64,000 nt of DNA from Eledone cirrhosa. Lineage: Eukaryota. Position numbers and translations under genes: made by a program. The number at the start of each line of letters is the position of its first letter. Position 1 is the first letter of the stretch. The DNA lies in the NCBI GenBank assembly GCA_964016885.1, contig OZ024743.1, positions 307,086,001 through 307,150,000 on the forward strand, in the 5' to 3' direction. This document shows, piece by piece, positions 26,847-40,072 of the stretch. The notes beneath the pieces were generated by a model. The model had not been told where the DNA came from. It saw only the letters and a list, made by a program, of their open reading frames with translations, and did not search any database.

Positions 26847-27017
26847 TTTTATTAATCAAAAGGCCAGTTAGAAAAGGAGAGAGAAAAAGAGAGACCAAAG
26901 GAGAGAGAACGGGAAAGAGAGGGAAAGGCGGAAAAGCAGGGAGAAAAGATGAGGAGAGAGGAAGAGGGGGGAAAATAGGAAAGGAATGGAAGAAAAAATG
27001 TGTACAGATCCCATCGT

Positions 27018-27092
<75 letters not shown>

Positions 27093-27101
<9 letters not shown>

Positions 27102-27560
27102 AAGTTAAATAAAAAGTCAAATGTTTAAAATTTAGCTTCGTTTATTACTGCTATATATATTTCGGTGACAGCCATCTTTGGCTGTGACCTCTTCAGGCAG
27201 TCCGAATTAGTGTGGTATAGACAAGTACATATGTTGTTGAGGTGTATAATTTTGTCAATACTCTGATATGCCCAGTTCCTGGTTGGGTTGTTATTTCACT
27301 GAGGAACTGGAATCATGATTTCACTGAGGAACTGGAATCATGATTCCAGTTCCTCAGTGAAATAACAACCCAACCAGGAACTGGGCATATCAGAGTATTG
27401 ACAAAATTATACACCTCAACAACATATGTACTTGTCTATACCACACTAATTCGGACTGCCTGAAGAGGTCACAGCCAAAGATGGCTGTCACCGAAATATA
27501 TATATCAGTAATAAACGAAGCTAAATTTTAAACATTTGACTTTTTATTTAACTTTATTTT
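27093..27560. repeat. Near-perfect palindrome (centre 27340/27341) of a PLE pLTR with an HHR in each arm
   Basis: Arms are reverse complements; HHR ACUGC-CUGAAGA-GGUcACAGCC..GGCUGUcACC-GAAA-UAUAUA-UA-GCAGU at 27147-27201(-) and 27455-27509(+). Confidence 0.85.
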
Positions 27561-27652
27561 ACATTACTCCGGAGTAACCAGACCAACCTGCGCACTTCGT
27601 CGAGTGCTCCAGCCTCCATACTCAGGTGTTGGTATACAACCAACATATACTC

Positions 27653-27793
<141 letters not shown>

Positions 27794-27951
27794 TATTTAC
27801 GTATCGAGAAAGAGAAAAAAAGGGGAGGATAGGTGATACATATAGTTATTTGCCAAGTAGCGTATGCCAAAGGTGCTCGATACTAGTACCGGCAGTATTA
27901 AATATTCGAAGTGTTAATATTTAGTGGGCTAGAGAGTTAGCAGAGCGTAAG

Positions 27952-28953
27952 CACGTGGGAAAGTAAAAAATCGGAGAATAGACCGTTAAAACATGTTTAT
28001 TTAAAACAGCACCTACGTACGTTTCGCCCAGTTGGGCTTCTCAAGGGCATAAATAATCAAAAGTGTTCCTTATATTGCTCGGAAAGAGTTTTGGGGGTTA
28101 AATCCACATCAAGGTTCATTGCTCGCAAAAATATCTTGTTTTGATTTTGCAGCAGGTCAAGGGAGGTAACTCTGGCCGGTGTTAGGGCAGTCTTTCCCGG
28201 ACAAATTTTTTTTTTGTTTTTGCCGCATCTGTTTGTCTGAGGCTGGGTCTGGTATGCAAGGATTGTTTCCTGGGTGTTATTTTGCATCGCCTGCCCGCCG
28301 GGGTGTTAAGACTTGTTGCAGGGAGATCCGGTGTACGGTTTCACTCCTCATCCTTAACCCATCTGAAGAAGGATATTTTTAAGCGATGTGTACAACTTAT
28401 CGCTGTTTCAGCTCTGCTGTTGATGAGCTCGTGGGGTGCAGTTATGATGTGGTAGAGCTCCATGAGGCAAAGATCGCATTTCCTCTTGAAGTTGTACGGT
28501 GCAGCCTGCCGACAATCTCCCAGTGCGACAATCTCCTTCTTCAGATGGGTTAAGGATGAGGAGTGAAACCGTACACCGGATCTCCCTGCAACAAGTCTTA
28601 ACACCCCGGCGGGCAGGCGATGCAAAATAACACCCAGGAAACAATCCTTGCATACCAGACCCAGCCTCAGACAAACAGATGCGGCAAATAAAAAAAAAAA
28701 TTTGTCCGGGAAAGACTGCCCTAGCACCGGCCAGAGTTACCTCCCTTAACCTGCTGCAAAATAAAAACAAGATATTTTTGCGAGCAATGAACCTTGATGT
28801 GGATTTAACCCCAAAAACTTTTTCCGAGCAATATAAGGAACACTTTTGATTATTTATGCCCTTGAGAAGCCCAACTGGGCGAAACGTACGTAGGTGCTGT
28901 TTTAAATAAACATGTTTTAACGGTCTATTCTCCGATTTTTTACTTTCCCACGT
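27952..28953. mobile_element. PLE 3' fragment with inverted duplication
   Basis: 27952-28371 inverted at 28535-28953; spacer encodes GIY-YIG C-terminus CDLCLMELYHII..LINSRAE..CTHR on the minus strand; UUGAGAA-type HHRs at 28012-28046(-) and 28858-28896(+). Confidence 0.8.
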
Positions 28954-29021
28954 ATATATATATATATATATATACGTCAGTATACATATATTCATGTACG
29001 TATACATACATACACACTTAG

Positions 29022-29061
<40 letters not shown>

Positions 29062-29065
<4 letters not shown>

Positions 29066-30167
29066 ACCAAAAACATAAAACAAAATATAAGTGCCTATAA
29101 TGCATATAAATATAAAAAAAACCATGAGTATACCACCAGTACATCAAACTAACCATAATATCTCCTCAGGTACAGGATTCACGAAAAGTTGTAACTGTAG
29201 AAACAAGGCAAACTGTCCATTAAAAGGAAATTGCCTTGTTAATAACATAGTATATAAATGTAAAGTTAACACTAAGGACTCAATTTATTCATATATAGGA
29301 GCTACCTCTAACAATTTTAAGGTAAGATTTAATACCCACAAACATAGTTTTAAAAATGCCGCACTAGCTAATACAACATCTCTAGCTGAAATAATTAATA
29401 GTTATAGAAAGAGGAATATAGAATATGACCTGACCTGGAGTGTGCTCAAAAGGGCCACCCCTTATCAAAATAGTAGAAATGAATGTAGATTATGTTCCCA
29501 AGAACTTTTCGAAATAATGAAATCTAAGGATATCCTATTAAATAAGCGACAGGAATTAATAATATCGTGTAATCATAAACTGAGAAAAACATATAAATAT
29601 TATAAACCTAATTAATATACACTTTAGAAATTAATATATAAATTATTTTTAATTTAGTTAACCTGTAATTAATATTCTACTACTGATGAACTACATAATT
29701 CTGCTTTAAATATTATAAACCTAATTAATATACACTTTAGAAATTAATATATAAACTATTTTTAATTTAGTTAACCTATAATTAATATTCTACTACTGAT
29801 GAACTACATAATTTAATTTTGCTTTCCTTCTTACAAATATCATTTCCTAAAACTGATACCATTAAGTAAACATATATAATGCTTTAACTTCAGGTTATGA
29901 CTCTATGTTCCTTGAAAACTATATATATTTACTATTTCTCACTAATAAATTTAATCCCCCCCCCCAATAATTATATGTATATATAAGTGTGTATGTGTGT
30001 GTATATATATGTGTATGTATGTGTGCATGTATGTGTGTATATATATATGTATATATGTATGTATATATGTGTGTATATATATATATATATATGTGCATAT
30101 ATATATATATATATGTGTGTATGTGTGTGTATGTGTATATATATGTATATATATATATATAAGTGTA

Positions 30168-30250
<83 letters not shown>

Positions 30251-31146
30251 ATGTGTATATATGTGTATATATATATGTATATATATATATATAAGTATAT
30301 ATATAGATATATATATATATTATTTTCATATTCTTTTAATTTCCCCTTATCTTTAACAGCACTTTTCAACTGCATCTAACTCTTATTTATCATATCTATA
30401 TGTATTAGTATAATTTTATCAATATAAATATGCCCATCAATTAAATTAATTTTATATTCTTTTCATAGATATATTTTTTTCACTAACATTCTTATCTTAA
30501 AACTTTGGTCACCTTAGATATTTGTATTGGCATTACTATTTTATAACAGCAACTGCTTGTATACCTTTTACTCACCACCTGACCTATTTTCACCCCTAAA
30601 ATAAGCTTCAATTACTACTATTTTACCATTTGGCCAATTATTAACTTTCTATTGGTTAATTCTAAACCTCTTACCAAACAGACAGAATATATTAGATCTT
30701 TGTTGGTTTTATTCAATGAACAAATAAAATTATTTCTGAGGTCAGCATAAGACCTATTTCTTCCCTAAAATAATCCTTCATTCATAATATTCTTTTCCAT
30801 CCAAAACTGAAATCTACCTTCCTCTACCCATAATTTAAGGTTCTTCTAATACTATATTACTATCTTGACCCTCACTATCTCCTGATTGGTCAATTCAAAA
30901 CCTGTTCCCAAACAGACCTATTGTATTGAATCTTTGTTATTTTCAATAAACAAATATCATTATTTCTGAAGACAGCATATATATGTGTAGGTATGTATAT
31001 TCCCTCTGATAGTTTTGTATAAATATTGTACATAGATCTATAGAATATGCATACCAACTCTAACACATATATATCCTAGAAACGATCGTAAAATGATGAA
31101 TTTTTTTTAATATAAGGAACTGTTTCTTTGTTTATTCATTATTTTA

Positions 31147-31150
<4 letters not shown>
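29062..31150 (+). mobile_element. PLE 3' part (GIY-YIG ORF 29091-29615 and 3' UTR), diverged inverted relative of 23390-24900
   Basis: CNCRNKANCPLKGNCL, IVYKC, YIGATSNNFKVRFNTH, CRLCSQE, LLNKRQE; HHR at 30958-31098. Confidence 0.88.
30958..31098 (+). ncRNA. Type I hammerhead with long stem II
   Basis: cattattt ctgaaga c-ag-c-atatatatgtg..cacatatatat-c-ct-a gaaa cgatcg ta aaatgatg. Confidence 0.7.
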
Positions 31151-31230
<80 letters not shown>

Positions 31231-31233
<3 letters not shown>

Positions 31234-31797
31234 CTAAGTGTGTATGTATGTATACGTACATGAATATATGTATACTGACGTACAGTAGTATGTATATATA
31301 TACATACATGCACACATATATATATGCACATATCGGTTTACCGAACATTTATTATAATGCTCGGTTTGTTTGTAAACAAACAAACAGCCCGAATTACGCC
31401 GTACAGTCTTTAGGCAACCACGTCACCTTTTTGTTCAACACTGACACAGGAACGATGTACTAGTTTCAAGCGTATTAGCTATCGTCAGCATCGTATACCT
31501 TCCTGCCAGATGGTTGAACGTCTGAAAGTATATACTTTCCTTATGCATATTAACGGCTGAGCAGCCTAATTTGCATATCGATTGAGTTTAGTCGGCCGGG
31601 CAAACCGAAAACGATAAATGGAATAGAATGAAACGAAATTTCATTTCTCACTCTTAGTACGGCAGTTACTTAAATGTAAGTATGTATGTATGTATACGTA
31701 CATACAGATATGTATACAGACGTACAGTAGTATGTATATATATATACATACATGCACACATATATTCACGTATCGGTTTACCGAACATTTATTATTA
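31231..31797 (-). mobile_element. About 440-bp HHR-containing unit in partial tandem (retrozyme- or pLTR-like)
   Basis: 31243-31355 repeated about 442 bp downstream; HHR ACGAUG-CUGACGA-UAGC..GCUU-GAAA-CUAG-UA-CAUCGU at 31452-31494; second locus 44575-45200. Confidence 0.7.
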
Positions 31798-31917
31798 CTC
31801 CAAGAATACCCTGCATGAGAATTCTCACGAACTCGCTACCCACAATACAGAGTACTCACAACCTCTAACTGGATTACCTAAAACGAAAACTTGTTAAAAA
31901 TTAGAAATTAGAAGTTA

Positions 31918-31999
31918 GGATTATCCATCATCAGTTGTCTATTAGGCGTCATAGCCATTTCTTCGCGTTAAAGACAAGATACCTCAGCCTAGGGTGAAA
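31918..31999 (-). ncRNA. Non-circularly permuted hammerhead, copy C
   Basis: UCAC-cc-UAGGC-ug-AGGUAUC^UUGUCU-uuaac-GCGA-A-GAAAUGGCU-augac-GCCUA-au-AGACAA-CUGAUGA-U; stem I UUGUCU/AGACAA. Confidence 0.65.
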
Positions 32000-33257
32000 C
32001 AATAACTAAAGTAAGTTATTGGGATAAAAAGAAGTGGGTGGAGAAAGAGAAGGACATGTAAACAGACATGATGGGTGAAACAACGTAAAGAGAGGATAAA
32101 AGGAAAAAATCAAGTCAATAATTCATTTCGAGCATAAGAACGGGCGAATTTTGACGAGGAGATTTTGAATATTGAAAGTTTTTAGTTAGTTACAGTAATG
32201 GATTGTAAATTGGTCTTATTGTATTCTTATTCATGGATTAGAGTTGTTCTACAGCGAGATTTTCTAACGGTTTAATTTCCGGAAGTGAATATGAGATCCA
32301 AAATTAAGGGGCGCTAATGTGTAAGGGGAGGTAACTAGCTCATTAAATTAAACTATTTAAATTCTTTGCTCTAATAGACATTATATAGTGTCACAATTGA
32401 ATCCCTTTCACATAATGTTATATATTTATATTTAATTTTAAATACAGTCTATTCTCCCATAATATATTAAAGGTTTCATTAGATTGTTATCTATCCATTA
32501 CTAGACAAGATATAAGTTATGGAACAATGTATAGGTGTTTACATGTCCAATTAGTTAAATCCCTTATGTTAATAATTTAATCCTTTATATACAATTTATA
32601 TATTTAATTATAAATGTATATATAATTCATTATCACATATTACATTTAATGTCTCTACATATTATATATCCATTACTGTATATATTATAAGTAATCTAAA
32701 GTAATTATAATTGTTTCTACTTTAGGCACAATGCCAGCAATTACCCAGTGCATTACTGGTACTTTATTTTATCGACCCCGTAAGGATGAAAGGTAAAGTC
32801 AACCTCGGCGGGATTTGAACTCAGATCGTAAAGGGACGTAACTAAAGTAATTATAATAAAAGGTGGTGACTATATGTTTATTTCGAATAGTTATTGTAGA
32901 GTATAAGGTTTGAAATAAATAGGAGTTGTGTAGAGGAAAGAGCAGATCAAAGAGTGTGATGCTGTGGGGGAAGAAAAGTCCTAGAGGTGAAGTGTTAATG
33001 GTGGTGAGGAATTCAAATCTGACATTGATATATACTAGCGGCTAGGTTTAAAGCTATGGAATGAGTGTCGGTAGTGGTGCTGGCATGAGGAAAACACCTC
33101 TGATTTTTTATTTAGGAGGTCTAGTTTCGAAAAGATTATAGTACGGGTCTCTAGAAGACAGAGGTTACATAATTTATTCGGTGGTTTATACCTACTATTT
33201 CCCATTGAAGTGTGTATGGTCTATTCCTAGTTTTCAGAGAGTGTATGTAGCGAGATA

Positions 33258-34343
33258 TGTTTCTTTTATTTGCCACCAGGGCATCAAAAGTGGGACAAGT
33301 ACAATGGGGGGAGTTTACAAAACAAGGCGTCCTCAATAAGGAGGAGGCAATAACAATATATAAAAATAAAATAAAATATAACAAAAAATAAAATTTATAA
33401 CAAAGTCCTCAATAGAGAGGAGGCGCCTTGGGGGGTCGCACACACCCCCGAAAAAAGTGTGCAACCCTTCCCCTCAGGAGCACAGAGAAGGGGTGCTCTC
33501 TTGGTCTTTCATCTTCCTCACCTATAGTCTGATGTAGAGTGAAGGCCCATTCACACGGGCCATTCTCGCCACTTTCACCCATCCTTCATTGAAACGGCTG
33601 GGGTGCAGCACCTCTCTCCCATCCTGATCCTTCTTCCGAAATGATATCGGAAGAAACGGACCAGTTGTTGGCCAGAGAGAAAGGTGTCTGACCTCAGTCC
33701 TTTCAGACGCGTCCACCATACAACTTCTTTCGCCATGGCTATTACGCACAGAAACACCGCCTCTCCTTCGTTTTTGAAGAGGGGAGGCGGCTTGATCGTT
33801 ACAATAGACTCGGTGGTCAACCGGATCGGTCCCACCCTTGACACCAGTTGTTCGACATAGCCCCACAGATCGGCAATGCCCGAGCAGTGTACCAATGCGT
33901 GTGCAACGGTTTCCTCGTCGCACACGCATCTGGGACAGATCTTTTTCGATGGGTCCCTACCCGGGCGCCGGTGTCTGTAGAACCTTTCTCGAACGGGCAG
34001 AGCTCTTCTGTAGCATTGCCAGGCCAGGGACCTCTGGAAGTTATCCATGGGTCCCGGGCTGAATGTCCTACCGAACAGGTTGGCCAGTTCGTCTTCCTCC
34101 ATGCCTAGGGCTTCTCCGAGGGCGTCGTCGCACCTGCTAACCACCAGCCCTCTATAGAATGACGAGGTGGATTCTCCACTGACAGCCGGGTCCGCCTGCC
34201 AGAGAGCCGTGAGCGCCTGGGCACACTCGGTGTGCCAGGCGCCCAGTTTTCTCGGTCTTTGCTTGACCCAGGATTGCAGCTCGGTGAGTGAGACGAGTCT
34301 GGGAAAGGCTCGCCCCACAAACGGGGCCCACACCGGTTGACCG
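33258..34343 (-). mobile_element. 5'-truncated Tx1/L1-like LINE with 17-bp TSD
   Basis: TSD GTGTATGTAGCGAGATA at 33241-33257 and 34344-34360; ORF 33575-34333 with CPRC..EETVAHALVHC zinc knuckle; 3' AATAAA. Confidence 0.85.
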
Positions 34344-34629
34344 GTGTATGTAGCGAGATAATTAAGTGGGGTTGGCTAGATTGTGTTTTTTAAAAGAATG
34401 GGGATGCGAGTTGTATCTCGTCTTGAAGCAGTTCGAAGTAGAGCCAATATAAGTTTTAGAAGAGTTGTTTGTGTTGACCGCACAAGAGTAAATGATGTCT
34501 TTGATTAAGCAATTATTACCTAAGGGGCAAGTTCTATTTGATCTACAGTTATATTTATTCTGGATGTTAGCTTGTTAAATTGATATATATTTATATATAT
34601 ATATATATATCAATTTATATATATCAATT

Positions 34630-34708
<79 letters not shown>

Positions 34709-35329
34709 GCGTGTCAATCTATCTACCTATCTGTCTATCTGTTTGTCCAGCTGAGGAAGATAAACAGATGGAAGACGGGAACACCTACAAAGCGTGTTCC
34801 TGGTGTTGAGGGTTGTTTTATCCACGGGGTGTAAAACAACCCTGCAGTAACGTTCCCCCTATTGGGGATTTTAATTGTTATTTTATTATATATAGTTTAT
34901 TGTTATTTATTAATGTTAAAGTTATATGATTTTTATGTAAAAACCCCCGCCGTCACGTTTTGTAATGTCCCATTTTTGTACGCCCCTGTGGCAAATAAAG
35001 AAAGATATCTATCTGTATGTCATATCTTCTTCAACCATTTCACAACTATTTCCCACGACAATCAATTGTCACTTCTGAGACAGTTATCATTCAAACACCT
35101 TGCAAATAAGGTTTGCAATCTTCTTAGAGGATAATATTTTTACTTAACGTTTTCTTTATGGGTGAGGTTATGTTTTCAAATAATTGTCTTCAAAAGGTCG
35201 AAATTTCTCTTTATGATCCATACTTTTAAGGTAATGAGTGATTGACACGTGTTGTATCAATGCATGTATATGATAGTGCACATACTTAAATATGGAATGT
35301 TACCTGATGCCCCCGCACCCACACACACA

Positions 35330-36895
35330 CAGCTCCGGCGGACAGGATGAAGAAGGCGTTTCCCCGGAGGACGGCAAGGGAGACGCGCTGGAAAAGCCAC
35401 TCCAACTCGCGGGGTTCACACCTGCGGCTGGCCAGCTCAGCACCTATGGTGGTGAGTAGGGAGGTAGCCCTAGGGCCGAGGACACCAGAAGTTCCTACTG
35501 CCAGAGGTACAACCGCAAACCTGTCAGAGAGCGACCGGTATTTGAGGAGTTTGGCCTTCTCAGCCCAACGTGCAGCAGAACCTGGGTTAGTCGCAGACTG
35601 CACCAGGTTGCGGCTGCAGAAAGTGTCGGTGCAAGTGGTATCCCAGACGAGGGGTTTGTCACCGCGGAACGGGAAGATGGTCATGCCATCTGGCCTTTTG
35701 CCGTCCCCTCGGTCCAGCCCCAAGCCATGCTTTATGACCTCGTTGAGGGCAGCATGGCGTGGAAGGCGGCCGGCACTGTGGCGACAGGAAATCGGTGGAG
35801 GCCGAAAGAGTCCACGGTGGATCCACAGCGACATTGGTGTGGCTCGCAGATCCGGACGCCGAGCCACAAGAAAAGTCCGATGCGCAGGCTATTGTTGTCT
35901 AGCTTCGTATCAGTGGAGAATGAGGGCAGGGCATGGGATGAGGCACCACTATGGGGTTTGGGAGGCCGCACGAAAGCAGGCAAGGCGGTGCTGGTCGATC
36001 TGGTGCGTGAGCCTGTCTGAGGCCAGGCTGCACTGGATGGCATCCCAAGTGCTTTGGGGGGACTTGACATCAACAGGGGGAAAAGGAGGAGGGACGTCTA
36101 CTGGGATAAGTCCCAGCCGGTCCCACATCTCAGAGGCGGCCTCACATTCTCTGAACACAGAGGGCTCTATTGTGTTTTGAAGAACCCTGCTAACGAGGAC
36201 GCGGCACAAGGTTACCGACGAAAGATACGCCGGCAAAGCCAGCGAGATTGGGGGCCGGAAGCCAAGGCCGCCATACCTGACAGGTAAAGTGGCCTGTTGC
36301 CATCTAATGTCGCCAAACTTGACGTTGCATATCTCCTCGGCTGCTGCTCCGATACAAGTATCGAGGTCAGCGAAGAGAGATGTGTGGGTGTAACACGGAG
36401 CGCTGCGAAAGGTATAGAGGGGCTTCGTCATGGCGAAGCAGTTCCTCAACAAAAAGAGAGCTGGGTGGCCGTCGATCAAGCCCAGTCGGCTCGTGAGTGT
36501 CTGGAGTTGTTGAAGCCTGGACTTTATGGTGGGGCGGATGGCCGGCGGGTGGATCGGTGATCCTAGGATGAGGACATCCTCTTTGGGGGTCACCTGTACC
36601 TGGTGGAGAATGGACCGCACGTCCGAGACGGAGGCTGCAAAGCTCTCAGCATCATGGCTGACATTCACCACCTCCGACTTGACCGAGTTGACCTGGAGGC
36701 CGATTCCCGCCAGAGCAGGAACCACCGATTGTAGGTCATGGCAGACAGTCTATACGGGCCCGCTCAACGTAGCATCATCCAGATACCAAACGTTGAGAAG
36801 GGCCGTGATACTCCGGGCGATGAGGTCTATACCAAGGACAAACAGGAGGGGTCCCAAAGGGTCGCCCTGTTGGACCCCAGTAGCAGAAGGTATGA
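35330..36895 (-). mobile_element. CRE-like non-LTR retrotransposon (RT and restriction-like endonuclease), frameshifted
   Basis: QQGDPLGPLLF and YLDD near 36770-36875, QATLPVRYGGLG, CRCG..H, DGKRPDGMT..WDTTC..KLLKY..FQRVSLAVLRGNA. Confidence 0.82.
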
Positions 36896-36914
36896 CCGTA
36901 AGAAAAAAGTGTAG

Positions 36915-37327
36915 CAGTGGATTGGCAGAATCAGTAGAACGTCGGACACCCTGCTTAGCGGCATAGAGTTACGACCCTTTGCGTTCTGAGTTAAAATACC
37001 GCCGAGGTTAGCTTTACCTTTCATCCTTACGGGGTCGATAAAATAAAGCACCAGTAATGTACTGGGATCGATTTAATCGACATCTTCCCCCTTCAAATTG
37101 CTAGTCTTGTGCCTAAAGTAGAAACAATTATTATAGGCGGTGGTTTGGCAGTATCGGTAGAACGTCAGACGCCGTGCATTGCAGCATCGAGTTATGGCCC
37201 TTTCCGTGTTGAGTGCAAACCCCGCCGATGTTCGCTTTGCCTTTCATCCTTACATGGTTGATAAAATAAAGTACCAGTAATGCACTGGGGTAATTGTTGG
37301 CCTTGTGCCAAAAGTAGAAACAATTAT
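36915..37327 (+). mobile_element. Two tandem tRNA-derived SINE copies
   Basis: Two consecutive matches to the SINE consensus (36915-37131, 37136-37327). Confidence 0.85.
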
Positions 37328-38169
37328 TATCATTTTTATTTTGTTATATTTGGGGCTGCTCATGTTTCTAGTATTGCCAATAAAAAGAAACACGGGAAAC
37401 GCATCATAAAACAAGAGACAAGATGGAGTAACAAATTAAGACCAGAAAGAAGATTACATAAAAGAACGAATAGGCTATGTAGCCGGTAAACTCTAAAGGG
37501 ACGCAACACACATTGCTATAGAGTTTCACCAGCCTCTTCCTTCTGTTGTCTGTATCTGCTTATGTATTTACGTGTAGGTGTGTGCGTATGTAACTAAAGC
37601 GTAACGTACGTTACGAATGGACGACTAAATGATTTTAACTTGTTTTTTTTAACTATTGATGGTGGAAAAGATTTCAAATTGTCTAAACCAAAGGTTCTCA
37701 ACGGGGGGCATATGCACCTCCGGGGCGTTTCGGAACTCCAGGGTGTGTGTGGGAGCAAAGGGGCGTTAGGGGGCGTTTGGAGCTTTAGGGGGAAATGGAA
37801 GGTTCTTTACTTTGGTAAGTTTTATAAGCCATAATTGTATGTCTTTGAGACAGCCAGTGTGAATGCATTTGAATGAGCATGCAGACAGTATAACTCTGGT
37901 TTGACCGAGGCTGTGAGCAGGTGTGCAGGCGTGTCTAGACATTAACCGGCAATTGAGATCCTAACAAGGGAAAAACCCACAGTCAACTGGGTCAAGGACA
38001 CTTCAATCGCAGCCAGTTAGAATCTTGTCTTTCATTCACCGATAACAATGTATTTCTGAAATTATTTCTGAAATTATTGACTCAACCGTAACGAGTTAAC
38101 ACTATGTAGATCTATTTTATTCCCTATTGTATAAATAATATTACAAATAAAAAAAGGAAAAAAACACAG

Positions 38170-38505
38170 AAGCGGGTAGCACACACATCTAGGACCACAT
38201 ACAACACATAAGGAGGTAACACACACGTATAGGACCACATACAACACACAGGCAGGTAATACATACATTTAGGACCACATACAACACATAAGCAGGTAAT
38301 ACAAACATCTACGACAACATACAACACATAATCAGGTAATACAAACATCTAGGACCACATGCAACACATAAGGAGGTAATACAAGCAGGTAATACATACA
38401 GCTGGGACCACATGCAATTCATAAGCAGGTAATACATATATCTAGGACTGCATACAACACACAGGCAGGTAATACATACATCTAGGACCAAATACAACAC
38501 ACATT
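38170..38505. repeat. About 40-bp minisatellite inside the hAT element
   Basis: About 8 units of TAGGACCACATACAACACATAAGCAGGTAATACATACATC. Confidence 0.85.
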
Positions 38506-39768
38506 GTATCATGCGCTACGGACGACGCAAGAGCAATGGTTGGCCAACATAAGGGTTTCGTCACTCTTCTGAAGAGAGAAAATCTATCTGTATTTGTTGT
38601 TCATTGTGTCATTCATCGACAACACTTGGCTGCGAAGAAACTCAGCAAGCCGCTGAGCAAGTCTTGCAGGTGGCCATTGATGTCATCAATTTTATCAAAC
38701 AGCATTTCCTCAATGAACGAATTTTCCGGCAACCGGCAACTTGACGAAGAATTCGTCAAGTTGCTCCTTCATAATGAAGTGAGGTGGCTTTCAAAGGGCA
38801 AGTACTCTCTTCTTTGAACTGTTCGACTCTATCATTGAGTTTCTGCGAGGACGCAACACAGAACTGTACAAGAAAACCCTCGATGTGAGGCAAGACTGCG
38901 CCTACCTCACCGACATCTTCGACAAATGCAATAGCGTCATTTTGGCTTTGCAGGGGAAGAAGATCACCTTGCTTAAAGCAAGGAATGCTGTGAAAACATT
39001 CCTGGCCTAATTGAATGTCATCGAAAGGAATCTTTGTTGACGGGAATTCTATAATTTTCCTAGTGTCGCCAATGTTCAAAACATTGTAAGCGATGACCAA
39101 CTCCAAATTTATACCGCTCACCTCCGTGCGCTACAAGACAACATGAGAGAACGTTTTGTCGACCTTTTGCCGATGGACATCCCAATGTGGGTAGCAGATC
39201 CCTTCATAGCTAACGTCGATGATTTGGACGTTACATTTCAGGAAGAATTCATTGAACTTCAAGCAGATGACATGATCAAAATTAGATTTCCCAAAATAGG
39301 TGAACCCTTTTTTTTATGCAAGAGCAAATTCAGCGTCGATTTCCACACCTACATGCAGAGGCTAAGATTTGCTCTGCCTTTTCCAAGCTCATACTTAGTC
39401 AAGAGGAGGTTTGGTGCTGATTCCAGACTGCACAGTAAGGCTCGCAACCGCTACAATGTAATTACACGTGGAGATCTCCGGCTACATCTTACGAAAATCC
39501 AGCCTGACGTCAAAGAGTTAGCTAGACTCCATAAAGTTCAAGGGTCCCATTGAAATGAGGTCAAAGTTAAAGTAAGTTGATTTATCCAAAAACTTAGATA
39601 TGCTATTGTTACAAAGCAAACTAACAATTTTTTTACTTGTAGTTGCAGTCTGACTGGACTGGAAACCATCTACTACAATTCACTTATTCATTTTATAGCA
39701 AAATACTGGTGTGTATAAGTATAAACAGGAGAGACGTGGTTTGTGTGTATAATATTTAATCAACAATT

Positions 39769-40072
39769 TGTGGTTATATAGAACAGTATAGTTGATATGT
39801 CAATGAATAGATGAAAGAATGAAACAAAGTTATTAGTTACCGTTTGGTTGCCAGGCGAACGCGCCTGGCCGAAGACGCCTGGTCGAAGGCCAGGAGCCGA
39901 AAGGTCAAATGAGAGATAGGGAGCTTAAAGTTATTCCCTTTATAGGGTTGGAACGGAAGTGACAGAAAGGGTTCTGCCACCAACGGGAAGTAACTCCAAC
40001 TACTTCCTGTCTAGAGAACGTTAATCTATTGGTGATGTGAGTGTCACAACAAGGGAGGCAACTCCTGCTACA
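39769..40072 (-). mobile_element. Possible solo LTR nested in the hAT element
   Basis: Minus strand TGTAGCAGG..TATAACCACA with TATA-like CTATAAAG; flanking duplication imperfect. Confidence 0.35.

Larger units (their letters stand above)
31800..34575 (-). mobile_element. Decayed PLE 3' part interrupted by a SINE (32706-32845) and a Tx1/L1-like insertion
   Basis: Minus strand 34360-34535 reads CPLGNNCLIKDIIYSCAV..YIGSTSNCFKTRYNSH and resumes at 33257 with RYIHSLK..YTLQWEIV. Confidence 0.7.

Noticed and set aside
35347-36180. 277-aa plus-strand ORF
   Set aside because: Antisense shadow of the GC-rich CRE-like element.
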